DNA of 63,872 bases, the filler included, from Craspedostauros australis (lineage: Eukaryota), in NCBI GenBank assembly GCA_030167865.1. It is 9 parts of 9 records of this genome, joined end to end, with 100 filler letters (N's around TTAATTAATTAA, not from the genome) between each part and the next. Parts side by side here need not be neighbours in the genome. Positions count along the whole stretch, not along the records: positions 54,487 to 58,047 come from JALAGF010003867.1; positions 58,148 to 62,436 come from JALAGF010003868.1; positions 62,537 to 63,872 come from JALAGF010003897.1; 6 more parts are not named here. One strand, written 5' to 3'. Shown one piece after another: positions 55,793 to 63,872 of the stretch. The translations under genes and the position numbers were made by a program. Every line of letters starts with the position of its first letter. The stretch's first letter is position 1. The notes under the pieces are model-generated. The model did not search any database. It saw nothing but the letters and a program-made list of their open reading frames with translations, and was not told where the DNA came from.

Positions 55793-57888
55793 TTATTTGA
55801 ATTGTAGCTTCACCATGCCGCACAGCAGCTTCTTCACCGCTGTTGTGAGTCGAGCCTTGTTGTAGACATCTCCCGATTGCCGCAGGACTTCTGCCGTCAT
55901 CGGATAAGGATGGATGACGGCGGATAATGCGGTGATGCTTGTGCCAGATTGAATGGCCAGCGTGACTTCGGAGATCATGTTGCCGGCACCTTCTCCCACA
56001 ACAGAGGCGCCCAGGATCATGGCCTTGTCAACCCGGAACCGAACAAAGCCTGCCGTCTTGTCATCCAGAATGGCCCGATCGTTGTCCTTGAAGTGCTTCT
56101 CAATGACGGTGTACGGGATCTCACGCTCATCCAGATCCTTGCCGTACAGCCCGATGCTCGCGATTTCGGGGCTTGTGAATGTGGCGTACGGGATCAGCAG
56201 CTTGGACATCTTCTCCTTGCCGAAGAACAGGGAGTGGCGGATGACGGCGCGGGGCATGAAGTCGGCGGCGCGGGTGAACTTGAAGTCGGAGCAGCAGTCT
56301 CCGACTCCGTACACGCGGCTGTTACTTGTCTGTAGCTTGGCGTTGACAAAGACAGTCTTCTCGTTGTCGTACTTCACCTTGCCAAGTTCCAAGTCCATGC
56401 CCGCGACGTTTGGACGACGTCCGGCAGCGACCAGCAATGCATCAAAGACCAACTCGGTCGTGCCTGCTGACGCCCCCTTCTCCAGCAACGTCATTTCATC
56501 TCGGGGTATCCATTATCCGGGATCTTGCCGGTCAATGCCACTTCCTTGTACTCCTTGACATTGAAGAGGAATTGGATGCCATCCTTGACCATCTGTTGCT
56601 TGACGACCTCTGTCATGTCCTCGTCTTCCTTTGGCAGCACCTTGCCGGATCGACCCGGCACGGTCACCGAAGTTCCCAACCGCTGCATGGCTTGCGCCAG
56701 TTCCATTCCGATCACGCCGGCACCAATGACGATCATGTTCTTCGGTTGCTTCGTCATGTTGAAGACGGTCTCGTTGGTCATGACGATGGGACGCGACACG
56801 GCTTCATCGGCAGACGGCGGTGTGTTGGCCTTTTCGTAAAGCTCCTTGAGTCCTACCATTGGAATGAGCGTCGGGTATCCGCTGGTCGCAATCGCGGCAC
56901 GTTTGAATTTCAGAGTGCGGCCGTTGACTTCGATGGTGCGTTCGGAGGTGAACTTTCCACGCCCAATGAAGATCTCGACGCCGAGTTCCTTGGAGTACCG
57001 TTCTGCGGAATCGTGATGACTGATGTCGCTGCGCACCTCGCGTATGCGTTCCATGACGCGTTCAAAATCGACGCGCACCGCGGATGGGTCCACGAAGATG
57101 CCTGCGTTGTTCAGATGGTCCATGTCGCCGCGGATGGTGTGCGCAAAGTTCGCCGAATGAATGATGGCCTTCGACAGCACGCAACCAACATTGAGACTGT
57201 GGTGTTGCAGTGTGCAATTTACGATGCGTGGGTATGGAATCGTACATTGCGATTGTGCATGCGATTGTGCATGCGATTGTATATGGATTCCGGGGAGGAA
57301 CGTCAGCAGTGAGGACGGCAACGACGGCAATTCTGAGCATGACGACACTTCCAATCATCAAATCCAAGTGCTGCACAGTGATGCGGCACATTCATGCGAT
57401 AAATCGCAATCTTCGATCATATTGCGTTGGTACCCCCGAACAAATAAGTCGCACGTACCAATCACTACCCAACATGTGTTCCTCGATCATCGCGACGCGC
57501 GCGCCGACACCTGCCGATCCACCCGCTGTGATGAGACCGGCCGTACCACCACCGATGACGACCAGATCGTAGGAATCATCTCCCTTTTCTGAAATAGGAT
57601 CCTGCCATTCCGGTGGATGGACGTGATTCAACAAAGTGATGTTGTTTTCATCCAGCGGCCAGACCTTGGATGCCACGTGAATGTCGTTGGTGCGCCCAGC
57701 AGAGCCTTGCCCAGAATGACCGTTTCGTCGCGGTTCCGTGCCTGACCACTGGTGATCAAGAAGTCCACAGCTTCGGAACCCACGAAGCAATCCTTGTGCA
57801 TCTTGAGATGGTACTTGCGACCCTCCACCTTGATGTTCTGCTTGAATGCTTGGGCGCTTTCATTGAGTTCGTTGTCAAACGTGATAAT
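55793..57888 (-). pseudogene. DEP domain + class-I pyridine nucleotide-disulfide oxidoreductase (MerA/LPD-like) pseudogene
   Basis: DEP-like RKYHLK.HKDCFVGSEAVDFL; FAD motif YDLVVIGGGTAG; spliced GSDCLNVGC (intron 57197..57458); VIGAGVIG; HPYP. Frameshifts near 57700 and 56492; ATT at the expected start (57888). Confidence 0.85.
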
Positions 57889-58047
57889 GGTTGTGCTGTT
57901 GGTTGTCCTGTTGGCAATTGAATGACTGCATGGGTTGGTTGGGTTGCTGGCGATGTGCTTTGGTTGTTTTGTATGATGGTTGTTGAGGTATGGTGCTTAT
58001 GAGGAGAGCTTCTGCGATGGCAGAGTCGTTGACGAAGGCAATTGCTA

Positions 58048-58147
58048 NNNNNNNNNNNNNNNNNNNNNNNNNNNNNNNNNNNNNNNNNNNNTTAATTAAT
58101 TAANNNNNNNNNNNNNNNNNNNNNNNNNNNNNNNNNNNNNNNNNNNN
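58048..58147. other. Artificial contig linker
   Basis: N44-TTAATTAATTAA-N44. Confidence 0.98.
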
Positions 58148-58405
58148 ATCACCGAATATCACAAAGACGTTAGTGATGCAAACGGCGACATAGTGTCTGC
58201 TACTCAACGGCTCGCCATTTACCTCAGCCCGAATCCAAATTCGAGAGAAGGCGTCCTCTGGCAGCAGGCCGGTGGGAAGGCTGTGGCTTTCTATGATTAC
58301 GAGATGAAGACGAAACGTATCAAGGAGGCATTCACCTTGACGGACGGATCGACTGCATACAGAGCATGCGTCAGGACGCCGAATGATATCATCCAATGCG
58401 AATAG
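58148..58405 (+). CDS. Probable 3' end of an unidentified gene
   Basis: Frame open from the linker (ITEYHKDVSDANGDIV..IIQCE*), followed by AT-richer UTR-like sequence convergent with the next gene. Confidence 0.45.
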   Translation: MTEYHKDVSDANGDIVSATQRLAIYLSPNPNSREGVLWQQAGGKAVAFYDYEMKTKRIKEAFTLTDGSTAYRACVRTPNDIIQCE

Positions 58406-58583
58406 AGCAATAGTGGTTAAAATTAACAAATGTGTTTTGAATGTATGTTACTTGGGGCAATTAGAGATAGAAGAGAGCACTCCATGGGTGAATGCTGCTG
58501 CTGCTGCAAGTACCTCTTGTCTTTGTCTCAAAATCGTACTGATGCTTCATGTGTTGTTGGTCTGCCTCCTCTTTATTGTCTAC

Positions 58584-60053
58584 TCACAAGATGTTGCAGG
58601 AATGCGCAAGGTTCAGCTTGCGTTTGCTGATCCAGGGAGACGGTCTGTTCTTCGATGGATTGAATGTCTTCTTCTCCTGCTTGACCAGCCGATCGATGTC
58701 CGCAACGAATCCCTTCCAATCCGTGGATGGATCTGGCACACCATCGAAGGACTCTTCGCCGAAAAGGAGCGCGGCAAAGTCTCTTAGTTCTGTCTTTGTC
58801 AACGGTCTTTCATCGAGCATGTCAAAGACCCTGTCGTGGAAGCCGAATTCACGGAGCCTGTGCAGCGGGAGGCCGTACGAGAGCCACGGTTGCTCTCCTG
58901 TTACTTCGGCCGCTTCACCAGAGAAGTCGTCCAGCACTTCCAGCGACAGCTCCAGCTGGCCGTCCAATTCGTTGTAGAAATCGACGACTTCGTCTTCGTC
59001 GGTGCACAGGCGCACGACGACCCAGACGGGCAGTCCCTCGAGGAGTCGCAGCGCATCCACGAATTCTCTGCTGTGTTCGTGGCCACCGTATCCTCGTTCG
59101 TCGGTCGGCAGCCCGTCGGTGGCGATCACGATCACAGCCTTCTTGCCGTGCTTGCGCAGCTCCGGCGTCAGGCGAGACACTTCCTGCTGAATCTCGAGAA
59201 TGTGGCTGGTGAGCGGCGTGCAACCTCCTGGACGCGCGCGTCTCATGATCCCCAACGCCTCCTGCATGTCATGTGGCGTAGTGTCGGGATTCTCACCGAC
59301 TGAGAATTGCTGCGGTCCGACGTTGGCACCGGGGTCGTTCAACAGGCGGAAGCGCGTTGGTGCTTCAATCAAGCCTGCGAGTTTGATGTGATAGCTGACG
59401 CACTCCTGGATCTCTTCCCATCGTGAGCATGGCACCATGCGGACTGTGTCGCTGCTGAGAGTGTCGACGATACGATGCCCATCCGTCTTCTGCATGCTAC
59501 CAGAATTGTCGATGATCCAAAAGCGCAATGCAAAGATTTCTTTCATGGGATTCACAGACAAGCAGAGACCTGATGGTTGATCGATAAGACCGAGGGTGGT
59601 TCGTGAGCAAGCATTGACACGACGAGGAAAGAATGGAGCGCATTAGTGCCATTGAATGTGAATCGCAGATTGTAGAAGATCGTGTGAGCAGTCAGTCGAT
59701 TACGTGAGCCTCGAATTGGGTGAAAGCCACACAACACACTCAGTGCATGCGATGCAATGTGATGTGATGACCATTGGTCGCGCACTGCACAACACGCAAC
59801 GCACACTGTGCACTGTGCACTGCAAAACCCTTGGTCTCATGGCATGGCATGATACGTTGCACTTACCCTTGGTAAAGCCTTGCTGCATCAAGCGTTCGAC
59901 TTGGTTGCCCGTCAGCTTCTTCGGCTTGTCGCGAATGTATGATGGCGCAGCTTCACGAGGAGCCGAGCTGGAATGGTCATTGGGTGCCTTCATGGGGACG
60001 ACGGTTGCTGTTACCATCGGCGTGTCATGTGGGTTCATTGATGTCATGTTCAT
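58584..60053 (-). CDS. VWA (MIDAS) domain protein; exons 60053..59867 and 59569..58584
   Basis: IIDNSGSM (DxSxS), TPL, IATDGLP. Intron GTAAGT..TCAG at 59866..59570 joins QGFTKG-LCLSV. Confidence 0.88.
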
Positions 60054-60140
60054 GTTTTTGTGTCCTTGTGGTTTGTTGCTTTGTTATTCTTGGTTTCTTT
60101 TGCTCTCTACTTGTTGGTGCCTGTGGAATGCGAGTGGCTC

Positions 60141-60248
60141 TGCGGCTCTCTTTGTGATGGTCGCAGGGGGCGAGTGTATCTGTGTGCGTTTGTGTGCGTC
60201 TCTCTTTGTGGTGGTCGCAGGGGGCGAGCGTATCCGTGTGAGTTGATG
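60141..60248. repeat. Two-copy 54-bp tandem duplication upstream of the VWA gene
   Basis: ctctctttgtgRtggtcgcagggggcgagYgtatcYgtgtg occurs twice with period 54. Confidence 0.85.
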
Positions 60249-60867
60249 TATTTGTGTTTGGGACACGCAGATTTTATGACATCAAGGAGATGGATTCCCT
60301 CCAACGTGAGGCCGTTGTTCGTTCGCATCGTGTTCTGTTCTGTTGTGAATCGTGAAATTCAGGTTGGCCTCATCCAGTTAGTCACGACTCAACCACGCAA
60401 AACAACAAATCACGACTCAAACATCACTTTGACGCACAACGAGAAGCGAATCGAGACCTTTGATTGGCCACCGATGGTTCGTGTTTGGGTTCTTGTTTGC
60501 ATTTCTAGCTTTAGCACAACCGACTGATGATGATCAATTGATCGGATGCGAACACATGATAGTCTGTGAAACATGCGAGGTTTACATTTTTCATGTGAGG
60601 TGCATCAGACACCTCAGATGCGCCTCTGCGGCCAGATTCATGTTCCGCACGGAACAAAGAGGAAGAGATCAAGAGGACTGTGTCCGTACCGGAGGTATCA
60701 ACGAAGTGAAGGTGACACGAAGAGGTCGCGATCATCAGAGATCGTACTCGCGCCAAACGAACGAATGGACCAACCATACCATTGTTCTGTACCAAACATA
60801 CTTCAAAGCACTACGAGTATGTGAGCTTGAGATCAGAGTGGAAGGAATTGGAAAGCTGAGAGACTCT

Positions 60868-62436
60868 TTACTCGGACGTGGATGCGTTCATTGCAATCTC
60901 GCTTGTGTCGTTGAAGATCTCAAGCATCTCGCACCGCTCCTCCAAAGCCTTCACCTTCGTTGTGGCGCCCCACTCCTTGTTCAATCTCAGTGCCTCTTCG
61001 AAATAGTAACGCGCATCACCCGCCTCTCCGTCTCGGATGTGGAACTCGGCCAGGCGTTCATTGCCGATGGCCTGGATGTTGATCTGCCCTCGCCGTGCCG
61101 ACGAGCGGATGGAATCCTGGAAGCATTGGAGTGCCAACGTCGTATCACCCTTCAATGACAGCCATTCGGCGTTCACAAGGTCGAGAAGATGCGCAGTGTT
61201 GGGACAGCCACGGGAGGTCCATTCCTCCAATTTGGCCCGGCACTTCTGCGCGAGCTTCCTGTACTGCTTGAAATACTTGTTCTTCTTTTCCCGTTGCTTG
61301 GCGGAGTCCGCAATGGCAGCGTAGCAGCTGAAACCAGCGAAGAATATGGCAAAGATGCTTGCAGCATGAGTCATGAAGAGCCTCATGACTCCTTCGAAGT
61401 ACTTGACTGCCAAATCCGCTGCCGTCACGTAGTCTGCCATGTACGACGCGTACACTACCTCGGTATTCGCCCGCAAGCAACGGTGACGCAGTGCCTTGGC
61501 ACTTTCGCCGGCTGACTGCGAATGCCTGCTGCGGAGGAGACTGTCCGACGAGGATTGATTCTTCGGTTCGTACGGTTGCCCCAGCAATCTGCGAACAAGA
61601 CTGTCGAATACATTCAGCTTTTCTTCCTGCCTTGCCAGTTCGCAACCATACGTTAGTTGCAAGTAGATTCGATGATCTTGGTACACCTCGTTCAAGTTGT
61701 GCCCGGTGTGCAACCCAACGTAGGTGTACATGAAGGCAGCCCAGATCGCATTGTTCAAGTCTCCTGCAGACATTGATGCATCGTGAATGTCTGAGAATTT
61801 CTTGAGCAGCTGAGAGAATGGCACATCTCAGCTGAGTGCTCTGGAGCTGGCAACTATGAGAGTGCGGTTCTTTGCCTCGTGATTCTCCATCGACTCCACC
61901 ATCGTCGCGGCGTAGTTGGCGTATGCTGTGGCAGTTTGCACATCGTTCAGTCGGGCGAGGACGAGGTTGGCCAGGCCAGCAAACGCTGGGCCAGACCACG
62001 GCGTCAGTCCAACCTCAAAGGACTTGCGGACGCCATCGATCAACAGCAGAGGCAGGAGATCAGGTCTATCCTGAAAACAAGCATCCACCAACCGATCCAA
62101 TGTCATCATGTATGCCAGAGCTTCCTTGTTTGTCGTGTACTTCAGAGTGTGGAGCAAGGCAGGCGCCCATTTCTGTTTCACTTTCGATGACAGACCAATG
62201 AGCCCTTTCAGAGTGGCAAGTTTCTGCCGTCTCCTCCCTTCCGGTATGCGTGATCCCATGCCACGCAGAACATTCAATCCAAACATGATTGGATTGAACG
62301 AAGTCTCATCTCGGTGCTTGACTGTTCTGCTCGTTCCGATCATCAGATGGTACACCCGCAGCTTGTCCAGCTTGGAGCACGCGGAGTTCTGCACAGCCTT
62401 TGCGTACTTCTCCAACATCATCATATCTGCATTGAT
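60868..62436 (-). pseudogene. C-terminal helical/TPR region of an AAA-ATPase-type protein, with one in-frame TGA (61828-61830); 5' end cut by the contig break
   Basis: Two same-frame ORFs separated by SRALS*DVP. C-terminal motifs GCPN..HL..L..AE, AIGNER.A and ARYY..A......WGA..K are typical of this family. Confidence 0.7.
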
Positions 62437-62536
62437 NNNNNNNNNNNNNNNNNNNNNNNNNNNNNNNNNNNNNNNNNNNNTTAATTAATTAANNNNNNNN
62501 NNNNNNNNNNNNNNNNNNNNNNNNNNNNNNNNNNNN
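62437..62536. other. Artificial contig linker
   Basis: N44-TTAATTAATTAA-N44. Confidence 0.98.
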
Positions 62537-63872
62537 GGGCATCCCACCTCTGCATACCACACGTTGCAACTTTGTTGTTCGGAGTGCAACACGTTGAACC
62601 ATACCTCGGAGTAACCTTGTTGTCGCGATCTTTTGCGATCTGTCGTGATCTGTCGTGATTTGTCGTTGTACAGCGAGGTTGGACATACACAGTCCCAGTG
62701 CGATGTTGGAAAACTCCGTCGTTGCGCACAGGAAGTGGTCTTCGTTTGTGAATCGCGCACTGCTGTTGTGAGTGTTGTTGATGGCGTCTATTGTCAGTTG
62801 GGGAGTTTGGTTGATGGACGAAGTCCAAACGACACAAAGAGCTCAAGATCGTTGGAGGATTTATTGGACTGGAAAGAAGTGGGCATAGGCACTGGAGAAC
62901 AAGAACATGTCTGTCATATTCGTCATGAAACATCCCAAAAGGCGAAGCCAGAGAAGCACTCACAAGGTTGCGTTTGGATCGACCACGAACATGTGAAGAC
63001 GAACCACCACAAGAAAACTGAGGTAAGATAGCCACAACGACCAGAAACCCGCCTGAGCCAATCAGCACCATCAGTCGCTGAAAGATGACAGGTGAAAGCA
63101 AAATAATCGGCTTGCATTCTGGTTGAGCGCAGCACTCACAGTCCTCGTTCAAACATCTGTTCTTCTCTCATGTTGTCCTCGAGCTATATACTCTGTCCCT
63201 GTCTCTGTCTCTAGAGAGTAGCATGGTGTTTGTGCATGGCACAGAACACAGAGTAAAGATGGTGCAGACCACCACGGAACACCTCTGGATACTGCAACAT
63301 ACAATACGTAGAGTGTATCCGTTTCATGGCTGATCTCGCATCATGACTGATATTGCATCAACATCGTAGGAGTACGGCACTCGCAATACGCAGGCCCACA
63401 TCGGCAACGGAGTTGTCTCGTAATCGTATTTGTCTGGACGCATTCAGCGGTCCGCATCATGGCTGGTGTGACGTGATAAGTTCCAGGAGTCTTGGAGAAG
63501 GCAATGTGCTGCGCACTCTCGGTGTTCATTGATTTCAGGCGAAACAGCGTCGTGGTTCCGGAGAAGTTGGCACACCCACAGAAGTAAAAGGTCAGGAGCC
63601 AATCGCAACCGGCTCCGCTGTGTCGGAGAATAGAAGCCGCATTCATGCCGCACCATACATACTCGTACATAATATGCTTAGATATCACTAATAGAGCTAA
63701 ACTAGCAGTTAGGCTAAGGAAGGATTTCCTGGAACACATGACTCGTTTTCCCACGAATCGGTCTGAACCACGTTTCGGACATAACCATGTTTGGAGCAGG
63801 CACAAGTCTTCGAAGAAACTCTTTGAAATCCAGGACCCATGGAAAAAGGGTCCCAATGACTGTGTCATCGGA

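Noticed and set aside
55793..57660. Calling the reductase merA (mercury resistance)
   Set aside because: No C-terminal Cys-Cys or NmerA domain, and the gene is frameshifted.
1..63872. CRISPR arrays, rRNA genes, prokaryotic operons, or a functional gene cluster spanning the window
   Set aside because: No repeat-spacer array or rRNA seen; genes have spliceosomal introns; order across linkers is not established.

Overview
Eukaryotic nuclear DNA from a diatom, probably a pennate. The evidence is two Lhcx genes with AFAP plastid presequences, short GT-AG introns and several diatom-type gene families. The window is nine contig pieces joined by eight artificial 100-nt linkers (44 N + TTAATTAATTAA + 44 N), so adjacency across linkers is unproven. 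Genes: a GT32 glycosyltransferase, an S8 subtilisin, two Lhcx paralogs, four members of a Cys-ladder repeat family, a membrane hybrid histidine kinase, a multipass membrane protein, two ankyrin proteins, a two-module LRR receptor-like protein, a class-3 lipase, an extended NAC-alpha and a VWA protein. Damaged genes include a DEP-domain/flavoprotein disulfide reductase fusion and a TPR-type gene with an in-frame TGA. Transposon relics include a CpG-depleted Copia-type gag, a LINE 3' end, a 719-bp internally deleted piggyBac-like element with non-TTAA flanks, and a mariner-like terminus present twice. The most interesting observations are: (1) both Lhcx copies carry Phe where P. tricornutum Lhcx1 has the qE-linked Trp133, yet they look purifying-selected; (2) a putative secreted 18-residue C-x-G-x-x-A-C beta-solenoid family; (3) two segments with exact terminal direct repeats (5.8 kb and 13.5 kb units), one of which restores a complete gene only if the ends are joined. 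All family assignments come from motifs recognised by eye; no database searches were run.
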